Assembly: GCA_963748045.1 (NCBI GenBank) | Contig: CAVVIC010000009.1 | Span: 6,154-70,153 of the forward strand | DNA: 64,000 nt | Source: an uncultured Gammaproteobacteria bacterium | GTDB taxonomy: Bacteria > Pseudomonadota > Gammaproteobacteria > Steroidobacterales > Rariloculaceae | Reading direction: 5' to 3' | Shown here: positions 1-10,195 of the stretch, one piece after another | Layout: each line of letters begins with the position of its first letter | How positions within the stretch are numbered: position 1 is the first letter of the stretch | Made by a program: the position numbers and the translations under genes | Notes under the pieces: model-generated | What the model was told of the DNA's origin: nothing | Seen by the model: the letters and a program-made list of their open reading frames with translations, nothing else | Database searches by the model: none

Positions 1-81
1 TAGCAACCTTTTGAATGTTATCAATTCTATATAAGATCACTAATCTGTCTATAACTGGCTTTGTACTCGCTCCGATCGTCA

Positions 82-443
82 GGTGACTTGCACGTTGCGC
101 TCCTCGTCGAGCCAGGAAACTGGCTGCCACTTCGAACGCGGGGCCATGTACACCGGGCTGTCCTCGACGGCGAGCACCATGGCCTTGGCGGCGGGCAACT
201 AGCGCACGTAGCCGCCCGCGGCCTGGTTGTTGAGCCATTCGCGCACGTAGTGTTCGCGAACGCCCGTGGCTTCGGTGAGCTGCTCCGACGTGCAGGCGCC
301 GATCTCCGCCATCGCCTCGTAGAGTCCGAGCTTGTGGCCGATGTTCACGAGCACGCCCGAGAACGCCGCGCCTAAGTCCGTGATGGTTCGTCCCACCGCT
401 GCCTCGATCTCTGTCGGGACGGGGAGTGCGTGAGCTGAGTCAT
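82..443 (-). pseudogene. Truncated Rv2258c-like wHTH/SAM-dependent methyltransferase (N-terminal part only)
   Basis: IGHKLGLYEAM...EQLTEATGVREHYVREWLNNQAAGGYV is the typical N-terminal wHTH. Homology continues past an in-frame stop and frameshifts (AMVLAVEDSPVY...AFE) and ends near position 85, before any SAM-binding domain. Confidence 0.7.
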
Positions 444-715
444 TCCTGCGCTTCCTGTTCTGTGCTGCCGGCGACAGGCCGGCCGCGGAGGCGATATATT
501 GGTTTTAGGCTGGGGCGCCGTCGCGAGAGTCGGCGCCAAGTATTTGGGAAATCGCGCCAATGCCTGCCACGCAAACTTCACGGCTGCCGGCCGTGCCCAA
601 GAAGAACGACTGGGGCGCCGCGTTCGTCTGCAACGTGATTCACCACGGGCTCGGCGAGCCCGAGTGGGCGCCTATCGAAGTGCTGCTGCCGCAGGGGCCG
701 CGCTCCTAGGCTCAC

Positions 716-1564
716 ATGGAAGACGAGATCGACGCGCTGTTCAAGCTGCCGCTCGGCGAATTCACGCCCGCGCGCAACGCGCTCGCCGCGCGCCTCAAGA
801 AGGCCGGCGAGCAGGCCCAGGCGGATGCGGTGAAGGCGTTGCCGAAGCCCTCCGTCCCGGCGTGGGTCGTCAATCAGCTCTACTGGCGGTATCGGGAAGC
901 GTTCGATCGTTTGCTCGTGGCGGGGGATCGTTTTCGCAAATCGCCCGGTACGCGCGAATTCCTCGAAGCGCGACGTAACGCGCAAGCGGCGCTCGTTCCG
1001 ATCGCAACCTCCGTTCTGCAGGACGCGGGTTCCAGTGGCACGCGGGAGATGCTGCGCCGCATCACGACCACGCTCGAAGCCCTCGCGGCGTACGGCTCGC
1101 TGCCCGACGCGCCGCGGGCGGGTCGTTTCACCGTGGAGTTGGAACCGCTGGGATTCGACTTGCTGGCCGGCTTGCTGCCGCCGAGCGGCGGAGGGCGCCG
1201 CGGCGTTGAAAAGCACGAACGCGTGCCGAACCCCGCCTCTCTCAAGGACGCACGCGAGGAAGAACGCAAGCGCGTTGCCGCCGCGGCGAAGACTGCCGTG
1301 CGTGACGGCGAACGCGCGCTGCGCACCGCCCGCAGTCAGGCCGAGCGCACCGCGGCAACACTCGACACCGCTGCGAAACGCGCAAGGGAAGCCGAGCGCC
1401 GACGCACCAAGGCGGAGAAGCAGCTCGCCGGGGCTGCTGCCGAGGCGGACGTGGCGCGGCAGCGCGAGCGCGAGGCCGAGGTGAACGCAAGGAAAACGGC
1501 GCTCGAGGCGGAAAGCGCCGAACGATTGCTCGATCTGGCGCGTCGCAAGCTGGAGGAGCTGTAG
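716..1564 (+). CDS. Conserved hypothetical protein with C-terminal coiled coil
   Basis: Intact 282-aa ORF. The start IDALFKLPLGEFTPARNALAARLK...LPKPSVPAWVVNQL resembles a widespread uncharacterised family; the tail is Ala/Glu/Arg-rich and helical. Confidence 0.75.
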   Translation: MEDEIDALFKLPLGEFTPARNALAARLKKAGEQAQADAVKALPKPSVPAWVVNQLYWRYREAFDRLLVAGDRFRKSPGTREFLEARRNAQAALVPIATSVLQDAGSSGTREMLRRITTTLEALAAYGSLPDAPRAGRFTVELEPLGFDLLAGLLPPSGGGRRGVEKHERVPNPASLKDAREEERKRVAAAAKTAVRDGERALRTARSQAERTAATLDTAAKRAREAERRRTKAEKQLAGAAAEADVARQREREAEVNARKTALEAESAERLLDLARRKLEEL

Positions 1565-1574
1565 TCGAGCTCGC

Positions 1575-1603
1575 AGTCGGCGCCGAGGAGCTCGGCGCCG
1601 ACT
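1575..1603. terminator. Perfect 13-bp hairpin between convergent genes
   Basis: AGTCGGCGCCGAG-GAG-CTCGGCGCCGACT lies between the stops at 1564 and 1613. It has no U-tract. Confidence 0.55.
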
Positions 1604-1612
1604 ACGCGAATT

Positions 1613-3412
1613 CTAGTGGCGAATCTGCGTGGCGACGTCGTCGTCTTCGTAGGTGGAGCAGCTGCCGCGCTCCGAGCCGACCAACGTGGGGTCACCGAAA
1701 CCACCGGGTGTCGCGGGGCCTTCAGCCAAGGTCATCAGCATCGGGTTCTGCTTCCAAGGCTGGAGCAGCACCTCCGGGTCGTCGACCGTCACCTCGTAGA
1801 GCATCTGATCGCCCTTGCGTGTGAAGCGTTCGATGACCGTCATGTCTTCCGAGTGGAAGAAGCCGCCACGAGCGAGCCACGTGTCTCCGACAAACCCCTT
1901 CGACTCGATCACGAGCGTGTCGCCGTCCCAATGGCCGACGGAATGACCGGTGTACTTGGTTTGGCGGAGCGCATTCTTGTCGAACGCGCGGCCGTCAGTT
2001 GGGATGATGCGGAAGTCCGAATACCCGCCGCCGCCGTCGCCGCCGCGACCGTAGATCAAGGTGACGTCGTTTTCGGTGGCGAAGAGGCGGCCCGGCGCTC
2101 CCTGTCTCGGAATGCCCATCGGGTTACAAGTCATGATCGGGTCGTCACGGTTCGTCCACATGTCCTTGAAGATGACCTCGTCCCACTGCGAGGGCTTGTA
2201 GAGCGGGCGATTCGGCCCGAAGCGTGAGGCCGCCTCGAACTCGAAATCGAGCGTCTGGTTCCACGCCTCGCTGCAGCCTTCGAGCTGCGTCGGTGCGCAG
2301 CGGCGGTTGCCATAGCGCCAGATGAAGAACTTGCTGCCGCTTCGCCAGCTACCGGTCACGTTGGGTTTGCCGTTGGCCAAACGCGGCGTCGCGGCGGTGG
2401 AATCGAGCACCGGCGCTTTCTGATCGCTGCCATACATCGGTAGGGGCTTCGTGGGGCCGCCGCCGACGTTCGGGGGCACGGGTACGACGACGTACACGCT
2501 GCCCGTTTCCGTCACCGCCGTCTTGATGTCGCGTACGACCTTGCCGTTCAGTCGCTCCACCATCTTGCCCGCGTATTGGGATTCGATCCGATTGAGCGGA
2601 TTGTTGCGGTCGTCGTAGTCGCTGTACGTGAACTCGTAGGTATCGCGCCCGTGCTTCACGACGACGGACTTGGCCATGAACTTGTCGTCGAGCTCGGCGA
2701 TGGCCGTGGCGCCAGCGACGCCTGGAATCGGGAACGTGACGAGCGGGGTTTTGCCCTCCCAGGCGACCGACGTGTCGCCGATCTTCGCTTTCCCTTCCTC
2801 GAGCAACCCGCCGGGGTTGCGGAACACCTTCAGCGGATCGATTCCGGTGCCGGCCAAGGCGGCTTTGACCGCGCCCTGAGGGCTGGCCCAGAGCCGAATC
2901 AGGCGCTCGGCGACCTTGCCGGGCATGGGCTTCGCCGTGCCTTCGCCCGGCACGAGACCGGCGCCCGGTCTGTCTTCATCCCAGGCGTAGGTGCCGCTGA
3001 CGACCTCGATGTTGGAATACTTCTTACCGTTCGGCAGCGTGCATTCGATCTGCGTGCGGCTGCCGGCGAATTGGTACGCGTTGCTGATGCGGTACCCGGA
3101 TTTGCCGAGCTCGCCTTTCCGGGCGGTTTCCTTATAGGGCGTGATCGCACACGGCTGACCGTTGACCTGGATCGTGCCCTCGCCGCGATACTCGAGCGTG
3201 ACGGCGAGCTCGTGCTCCTCGATGCCGCGCAACATGACCATGTGCCAAGGCCAGTTGACCAGCACGGACTTCAAGTCTCTGGCGTCTTTCGCGGGCGTGT
3301 ATAGCTTCGGCGGAGGTCCGCCGAACTGCGCGTGCGCCGCCACCGACAAGAGAGTCGCGAGACCGGCTGCGAGTGCGACACGCGCTCCGGTCGAACCTTT
3401 TCTAAATGCCAT
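1613..3412 (-). CDS. Secreted two-domain hypothetical protein with C-terminal 'WxGDTLV' domain (copy 1)
   Basis: GGGGGA RBS and ATG at 3412; signal peptide ending AAHA; motifs PNVTGSW, MTCNPMGIPR, RIIPTDGR, GHSVGHWDGDTLV, HSEDM..ERFTR, VDDP. Confidence 0.85.
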   Translation of the reverse strand: MAFRKGSTGARVALAAGLATLLSVAAHAQFGGPPPKLYTPAKDARDLKSVLVNWPWHMVMLRGIEEHELAVTLEYRGEGTIQVNGQPCAITPYKETARKGELGKSGYRISNAYQFAGSRTQIECTLPNGKKYSNIEVVSGTYAWDEDRPGAGLVPGEGTAKPMPGKVAERLIRLWASPQGAVKAALAGTGIDPLKVFRNPGGLLEEGKAKIGDTSVAWEGKTPLVTFPIPGVAGATAIAELDDKFMAKSVVVKHGRDTYEFTYSDYDDRNNPLNRIESQYAGKMVERLNGKVVRDIKTAVTETGSVYVVVPVPPNVGGGPTKPLPMYGSDQKAPVLDSTAATPRLANGKPNVTGSWRSGSKFFIWRYGNRRCAPTQLEGCSEAWNQTLDFEFEAASRFGPNRPLYKPSQWDEVIFKDMWTNRDDPIMTCNPMGIPRQGAPGRLFATENDVTLIYGRGGDGGGGYSDFRIIPTDGRAFDKNALRQTKYTGHSVGHWDGDTLVIESKGFVGDTWLARGGFFHSEDMTVIERFTRKGDQMLYEVTVDDPEVLLQPWKQNPMLMTLAEGPATPGGFGDPTLVGSERGSCSTYEDDDVATQIRH

Positions 3413-3541
3413 GGTAGTTCCCCCTAACCGCCTGCCTGAGACGGTATCCGCTTCACGCGAGAGTATCATCGCTGGCCCATCCTGCCCAAGCTGCGGCCGA
3501 TAAACGCTTCGGCTCAGGAAACTTTACAATTCGGGTGAGCT

Positions 3542-4564
3542 ATGAAGAGGATCGGTTTCCTTTCGTTCGGGCACTGGACGCCGTCGCCGCACTCGCAGGT
3601 GCGCACCGGCTCCGACGCACTCATTCAGTCCATCGAGCTCGCCGAAGCCGCCGAGGAGCTCGGCGCCGACGGCGCGTACTTCCGTGTGCACCACTTTGCG
3701 CGCCAGCTCGGCTCGCCGTTCCCGCTGCTCGCCGCGGTGGGGGCGCGCACGAAGAAAATCGAGATCGGCACGGCCGTCATCGACATGCGCTACGAGAATC
3801 CGCTCTACATGGCCGAAGACGCGGGCGCCGCCGACCTGATCGCGGGCGGCCGGCTCCAGCTCGGCATCAGTCGTGGGTCGCCGGAGCAAGTGATCGACGG
3901 CTGGCGCCACTTCGGTTACGCGCCGCAGGAAGGTGAGACCGACGCCGACATGGCGCGCCATCACGCCGAGGTGTTCCTCGGGGTGCTGAAGGGCGAGGGC
4001 TTCGCGAAACCGAATCCGCGGCCCATGTTCCCGAATCCGCCCGGCCTCCTGCGCGTGGAGCCGCACTCGGAAGGGCTACGCGACCGAATCTGGTGGGGCT
4101 CGAGCTCGAACGCGACGTCGGAGTGGGCTGCCAAGCTCGGCATGCACCTGCAGAGCTCCACGCTGAAGACCGACGAGAGCGGCGAGCCGTTGCACGTGCA
4201 GCAGCGCAAGCAGATAGAGGCGTACCGCGAGGCTTGGAAGAAGGCCGGGCACAAACGCGAGCCGCGCGTGTCGGTGAGCCGCAGCATTTTCGCGCTCGTC
4301 GACGACCGCGATCGCGCGTACTTCGGCGGCGGGGGCGAAGAGCAGGACCAGATCGGCTACATCGACCCGACCACCCGCGCGATCTTCGGCCGCTCTTACG
4401 CGGCCGAGCCGCCCGCGCTCGTGAAGCAGCTCGCGGCGGACGAGGCCATTGCGGCCGCCGACACGCTGCTCCTCACGGTGCCGAACCAGCTCGGCGTCGA
4501 ATACAACGCTCACGCGCTCGAGAGCATCCTCAAGTACGTGGCGCCGGAGCTCGGCTGGCGCTGA
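3542..4564 (+). CDS. LLM-class (luciferase-like) flavin-dependent oxidoreductase
   Basis: MKRIGFLSFGHW...GAYFRVHHFARQLGSPFPLLAA...IEIGTAVIDMRYENP...GRLQLGISRG; intact 340 aa. Confidence 0.92.
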   Translation: MKRIGFLSFGHWTPSPHSQVRTGSDALIQSIELAEAAEELGADGAYFRVHHFARQLGSPFPLLAAVGARTKKIEIGTAVIDMRYENPLYMAEDAGAADLIAGGRLQLGISRGSPEQVIDGWRHFGYAPQEGETDADMARHHAEVFLGVLKGEGFAKPNPRPMFPNPPGLLRVEPHSEGLRDRIWWGSSSNATSEWAAKLGMHLQSSTLKTDESGEPLHVQQRKQIEAYREAWKKAGHKREPRVSVSRSIFALVDDRDRAYFGGGGEEQDQIGYIDPTTRAIFGRSYAAEPPALVKQLAADEAIAAADTLLLTVPNQLGVEYNAHALESILKYVAPELGWR

Positions 4565-4628
4565 CTCGGCGTCAACCCCTTTTGGCCGTACTATCCGCTT
4601 TGTACGCTGCCGAACGTGGAGTGCCCGT

Positions 4629-5030
4629 GTGCATTCGACAAACTATTTCAGCACGCTGATTCTCGCGTCGCCTGACTGCGCCGCTGAGGTCGGGACGGTT
4701 CCGCCAAAGGCGTTCACCATCGCCGCCATCCAATATGAAATGCTGACGGCGTCGCCCTATCAAATGACGAGTGACGATCTGCTGTTTGTCGTCGAAGCCC
4801 GACGTAAGGATGTCAAAGGACGCAAGCTGCAGGAATTCAAGAAGGCATTCTTCTCTCAGTCACATGCCTGCTTGCGCGGCTCGCCCTTGGTGAAATCATA
4901 CGGATGGGGAATTCATCACGACGCTCGTGGCAAGGTTGCGTTGATCGGGCGCGAGACAAACGAATACAAGGCGGTTGTCGACGATCAGGACGTTAAGAAG
5001 GTGGCGGGGATGAGGTCCCGCCGTTCATGA
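4629..5030 (+). CDS. DUF6157-like protein
   Basis: GTG start, then HSTNYFSTLILASPDC...QYEML...PYQMTSDDLLF...FFSQSHACLRGSPLVKSYGWGIHHD. Visibly lower GC than the flanks. Confidence 0.8.
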   Translation: MHSTNYFSTLILASPDCAAEVGTVPPKAFTIAAIQYEMLTASPYQMTSDDLLFVVEARRKDVKGRKLQEFKKAFFSQSHACLRGSPLVKSYGWGIHHDARGKVALIGRETNEYKAVVDDQDVKKVAGMRSRRS

Positions 5031-5058
5031 GCGCTCGCGCGATCTTTGGCCGCGGACG

Positions 5059-6197
5059 CTACTCGCCGAGCACGGAAAAGCGGTAGTAGGACGTCTGCCG
5101 ATACGTCTTGCCCGGGTCGAGGCGCGCGCTCGCAAACGCCGGCTGATTCGGCGAGTCCGGAAACTTCTGCGGCTCGAGCGCCAGGCCGTCGCTCTGGCGG
5201 TACGCGACGTGCGACTTGCCGACCGTCGTGCCGTCGAGGCCGTTGCCGGTGTAGATCTGCACGCCGGGCTCGGTCGTGTACAGCTCGAGCACGCGACCGG
5301 AGATCGGATCCTCGACGCGCGCCGCGAGCTTCGGCGCGCTCGGTGACGCCGCCGCGCAGCACGAAGTTGTGGTCGTAGCCGCGGGCGATCGCGATCTGCG
5401 GATCGCTCGCGTCTCGGATGCGCGCGCCGATGACGGCGCTCTGGCGGAAGTCGAACGGCGTGCCGGCCACGTTCCTGATCTCGCCCGTCGGGATCAGCGT
5501 GGCGTCGACCGGTGTGTATGCGTCTGCGTTGACCATGAGCCGGTGATCGAGAATGCTGCGCGCGGCCGGCACGCCCGCCAGATTGAAATAGGCTGTGGTT
5601 CGTGAGATTGACGATCGTCGGCTTGTCGGTCGTCGCTTCGTAGCTCGTCGTGAGCGTGCGGTTGTCGTCGAGGCTGTAGGTGACGCTGACTTTGAGCGTG
5701 CCGGGGTAGCCTTCTTCGCCGTCGCGGCTCGTGTAGGTGAGCGTCACGCTCGCGATCGGGCCGCTCTTCACTTCGGCCATCGTCCAGACGACTTTGTCGA
5801 AGCCCTTGGTGCCGCCGTGCAGCGCGTTCGGCCCGTTGTTCGCGGCCAGCGAATACGTCTTGCCGTCGAGCGTGAATTTCGCGCCGGCGATGCGGTTCGC
5901 GTACCGCCCGACGGTGGCGCCGAAGAACTGCGGCTTGGCGACGTAGCCCGCCAGATCGTCGTAGCCGAGCGCCACGTCGGCCGAGCGGCCCGTCCTGTCC
6001 GGCAGCAGCAGCGCCTGCAGCGTCGCACCGTAGGTGATGATCCGCGCGCTGATGCCGTGGCCCGCCGTCAGCGTGACGGCGTCGACGGCCACGCCGTCCG
6101 GCGTCGTGCCGAAAGGCGTGCGTGTCGCTTCGGCGGCATGCGCGCCCGCGGCTGCGAACCCGGCGGCGATGACGACGATTCCTGTTCGGAGCTTCAA
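5059..6197 (-). CDS. galM: Aldose 1-epimerase (galactose mutarotase) with signal peptide; frameshifted in this read
   Basis: FFGATVGRYANRI, LHGG, GEEGYPG, NLTNHS, GYDHNF, TTEPGVQIYTGN and LEPQKFPDSPNQP are spread over three frames. Confidence 0.9.
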
Positions 6198-6341
6198 GAG
6201 GTGAATAATAGAGAGTTTGCCGGGGACGGACCATGTCATCGGCACACCCCGTCCCGGCACGGCGCCGGCGTGGTGCGGAGCTCGACGGCGCGGCCACTTC
6301 AGCGCGAGCGCGTCGCGGCGCCGGAGCGTACCGTGCAGGGG

Positions 6342-7360
6342 GTGAAGGCCGCTCGCGTATTGCTGACGGTGCTTGTCCTGTCGCCGGGTCTTACGGAGGG
6401 CCAGGGTGCTGCGAGCGCGGACGCTCCCGAGGAGATCATCGTGACCGGCCGGCAGCCGGGCCCACCCCTGTGGCGCGTGCAGGACGGCGATCGCGTCCTC
6501 TGGATCTTTCCGCAGCTCGCTCCCGTGCCAAAGGGCATGGTGTGGGAGTCCGACAAGGTCGCGGCCGTGATTGCACAGGCGCAGGAAGTGCTCGAGCTGC
6601 CGAATATCGGCGCCGACGTCTCGCCTCGCTTGTACTTGAACCCGGTCAACCTGCTGCGTGGGATGCGGCTCGCGAAGAGGCTGAGCCGCGATCCTGCGGC
6701 AGGACGCTGAAGCAGCAGCTGCCGCCCGAGCTCTATTCGCGCTTTCGCGCCGTCGAGGCGAAGTATTTTCCGAACGATTCCGAGCGGCTCGAGGAGCTGC
6801 GCCCAGCGTTGGCCGCTGGCCGTATGGTGGGGATCGTGCAGTCGAAAGAGGGGCTCGGGCCCGACGACGACATCGAGAAGACCCTCTTGCGGCTGATCCG
6901 CCGCAATCGCGACGTCGTGCGCACCGCGATCGAGGTGAAGATCGACCTCGAGGGTGGCTTTGGCGATATCGCCAAACGCGCCGAGGCGCTTACGGCCAGT
7001 CTCGATCCGGCGCTCGAGCTCGCGTGCTTCGAAGGCCAGCTCCGCCGCATGGAGAACGACATCGACACGATGCGCCGCCGCGCCAATTCCTGGGCGCGAG
7101 GCTACGTCGACGAATTCCGCGGCGCGTCGCTGCCGGGCGGTGAGGATGACTCGTGCCGCGCGCTGGCGCTGTCGAGCTCCGAGCGAAGCGTGCTCGTCGA
7201 CGCGCGCGCGAAGGTCGAGAGCCTATGGCTTGCGAACGCCGTGAGGGCATTGCACGACCATCGCACGACGTTCGCAATCCTGCCGATCGCCGACTTGCTG
7301 CGCAGCGATGGGCCTATCGCGCAGCTCGAGGCGAGGGGCTATGAGGTGCGCGCGCCCTGA
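6342..7360 (+). CDS. TraB/GumN family protein (frameshift near 6700)
   Basis: IIVTGRQPGPPLWRV...LWIF...P.PKGM.W and the C-terminal RANSWARG...WL..A..AL....TTFAILP...LL...G.IAQLEARGYEV. Confidence 0.8.
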
Positions 7361-7374
7361 GCGGCGCTTCGGTT

Positions 7375-8400
7375 TCAGTTAGGGAAGGTAATCCGCGCGA
7401 CGTTCCACAGCGTGCACGAGCCCCGGTAGAGCTCCGTGTCGCTGACGGCCTGCAGCGTGTGGACGATGCAGCCCGTCTGGCCCTGGCCCATGCCGGTTTG
7501 CGCCCAATCGATGAGTTTGCCGTCGTGGTCCATGCGATAGATCTTGCCGTCACCGTCGCCGCTGTAGATGTACTTCGGCTGTGACCTGCACGGCCCACGG
7601 CATGCCGATTCCGGTGATGTAGCGCTCGAAGTTCAGGTCGTAGTCGAACACCTGAATGCGGCGGTTGGCGCGATCCGCGACGTAAACGTGGCCGTAGCCC
7701 GCCGCGATGGAGTGCACGGTGTTGAACTGTCCGTCGCCGTTGCCGTAGGTACCGTACTCCTTCAGCCAGGTGCCGTCCGGGGCGAGCTTCACGACGCGCG
7801 AGTTGTTGTAGCCGTCGGCAACGAAGATGCTGCCGTCCGGGCCCCACGCGACGTCGGTCGGGCGGTTGTAGGTGCCCTTCAGCGCCCGCGGACGCTCACC
7901 TTTGGGCTCGTGTCACGCCGTGCTCGACGTGCTCCTCCCACCAGTCGATCGATTCCGGCTTGCGGCCGAGCACCATCGCGACGAGGCCGGTGGGATCGAC
8001 CTTGATGATCATGTTCGAGCCTTCGTCCACGACCCACACGTTGTCCTTCGAGTCGACGCGTACGCCATGCGCGAACGACAGGCCGTACGCGTTCGGGATC
8101 CACTCCTTGACGAACTTGAAGTTCTTGTCGAACTCGAACACGCGGGCCGCATTCCCGCCGCGGGAGCTACCGCTCCAGCCCGTGCGCGAGAAGACGAACA
8201 GGTGGCCCGCCGAATTCAGCGACACGCCTTCGGTCTCGCCGATCGTCTCGTTCGGGATGCGCAGCGGCAGGATCTTCTCCGTGACCTGCACCTGACGGCC
8301 CGCCGGCGGTGCGGCGGCGGCGCCGCCGCCCTGAGCGAAGACCGGCGGCGAACTTGCGGCCAGTACCAGAAGACCCAAGCGTGACGGCCAATTTCTTCAT
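7375..8400 (-). CDS. Secreted NHL-repeat beta-propeller (peptidyl-alpha-hydroxyglycine lyase-like); frameshifted
   Basis: Signal peptide; FAHGVRVDSKDNVWVVDEGSN, RPTDVAW, IFVADGYNNSRV, GQFNTVHSI, YVADRANRRIQVFD. Confidence 0.85.
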
Positions 8401-8403
8401 GTG

Positions 8404-8957
8404 TTACTCCTTCCAGCCTTCCGGCAGCGCCGTACCGCTCGTGATCAGACGCGTCTTGTAACGCCAGTGACCGTCGACTTTGGCGAAGGTGCTGTATTCC
8501 TTGCCCTGCGTGATGACCTTGACCTGATCGCCCTTCTTTTCGATCACGTACTCGGTGTAGACGAGCTGCGCGGTCGCCGTGTTCGTTTTGCCGTGCACGA
8601 CGATGAGCGGATTGTCGACCGCCACGATGAAGGAATAACGCGGCGGGGGAGGCGGGCGCGGCGCCTGTCCCGGTGCGCGTCCGTAGGCCTCCAGGATGCC
8701 GTTCTTACCTTTGAAGTGGCGCTCGCCGAGGATCAGCTCGGCGTCGTCCGCGTAGAAGTCCGCGAAGCTTTCGCCGTTCTCCCGGCCAAAGTTGTTGTAG
8801 TAACGCGTGATGAGATCCTGGATCTGGAGGCGATCGACGAGTGTCTCGGCGTTGACCTCCTCGGCGCGCGCGCGCCTGAGCTGATGGTCAGTGCGAGACA
8901 GGCGACGCTCAAAGCGCCCAGCAGTGCCGTGCTTACAGAGTGTGCGATGGCTTTCAT
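8404..8957 (-). CDS. Secreted SnoaL-like / NTF2-fold protein; frameshifted
   Basis: Signal peptide; DRLQIQDLITRYY, then VDNPLIVVHG.TATA...GKEYSTFAKVDGHWRYKTR. Confidence 0.75.
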
Positions 8958-9035
8958 CTGATGAACCCCCCGGTTCCTATTAGTGCTTCGCTCAGGAAAG
9001 CATAGACTAGGTCGACGCTAACGACGAGGAGTCCG

Positions 9036-10154
9036 GTGATGCCAATACGACTTCTTGGTTTCCTTGGCACTGTCGCAGTGCTGATTGGCGCGGCCGTTCT
9101 GGTCCCGCGTCCGATTGCGGGTCAGGAGCAGGGCGCCGCTTCGCGGCTCGTGATCACGGCGTTTGGCGACAAGGCCGCGCCTCCGTTTGCGGTGCGCCGC
9201 ACGTCGTGGGGCGACCCGGACTTGCAGGGCGTCTGGTCGAGCGACGACACCGCTGGGATTCCGATGTCGCGGCCGGAGAAGTACGGCGACAGGCTGTATC
9301 TCAGCGAAGAGGAGCACGCGGATCGCGCGAAGCAGGTCGAGCGCGGCGTCCAGCGGGCCGAGAACGAGGCGACCAGCTCATTTCGCAACGACTTCGCGCG
9401 CCGCGCGTTCGAGCAGACGTCGTTGATCGTCGACCCCGCGGACGGACGGCTGCCCGCTTACACAGCCGAAGGCATGAAGCGGCCGATGCCGCGCGGCACG
9501 TACGGCAACGGGCCGCTCAACAGTTACACCGACTTCTCCCTCTACGAACGCTGCATCACGCGCGGTATCGCTGGCTCGACGCTGCGCGTGGTCTACGGCA
9601 ACGGACAGCGCATCGTGCAGGCGCCCGGCGTGGTGGCGCTCTCGTACGAGATGGTGCACGACACGCGCGTCATCCATACCGACGGGCGGCCGCACATCAA
9701 CCAAGCGATACACCAATACCTCGGGGATTCGCGGGCGCATTGGGAAGGCGACGAGCTCGTGGTCGAAACCACGAATCTAACGGACCGGACCGCGATCGGT
9801 TTGAACGGCAACGGCAATCGCCACAGCGCGCAGATGAAGCTCACCGAACGCTTCAAGCGTGTGGCCGACGACGTCCTGCAGTACCAGCTGACGGTAGACG
9901 ATCCCGTGACCTACGTGCAGCCGTTCACGCTGTCGTTGCCGCTGACGCCGCTCGATGGAGGAAAACTGCTGCCCTACGACTGCCACGAAGGCAACTTCGC
10001 GCTCCTTCAGTCGCTCGGGGCCGAGCGCGCCGAGGACCGTGCGTTGGAGCAAGACAGAAGGAAAGGCATCAATCGACCGCGGCGGCCGGTGCAGGATGGA
10101 TTGGGCGTGGGTGGTCAGCCCGTGTCCGAAGGCGCCGGAATACCGGTCCGATAG
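9036..10154 (+). CDS. Secreted 'WxGDTLV' domain protein (copy 2)
   Basis: Signal peptide; WGDPDLQGVW, SLIVDPADGRLP, ERCITRG, YEMVHDTRVIHTDGRPH, GDSRAHWEGDELVVET, VDDP, YDCHEGN. Confidence 0.88.
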   Translation: MMPIRLLGFLGTVAVLIGAAVLVPRPIAGQEQGAASRLVITAFGDKAAPPFAVRRTSWGDPDLQGVWSSDDTAGIPMSRPEKYGDRLYLSEEEHADRAKQVERGVQRAENEATSSFRNDFARRAFEQTSLIVDPADGRLPAYTAEGMKRPMPRGTYGNGPLNSYTDFSLYERCITRGIAGSTLRVVYGNGQRIVQAPGVVALSYEMVHDTRVIHTDGRPHINQAIHQYLGDSRAHWEGDELVVETTNLTDRTAIGLNGNGNRHSAQMKLTERFKRVADDVLQYQLTVDDPVTYVQPFTLSLPLTPLDGGKLLPYDCHEGNFALLQSLGAERAEDRALEQDRRKGINRPRRPVQDGLGVGGQPVSEGAGIPVR

Positions 10155-10195
10155 GGGGCCGGACGCAACCGGGAAGCCCGGTCAGCGCTCGCCGA

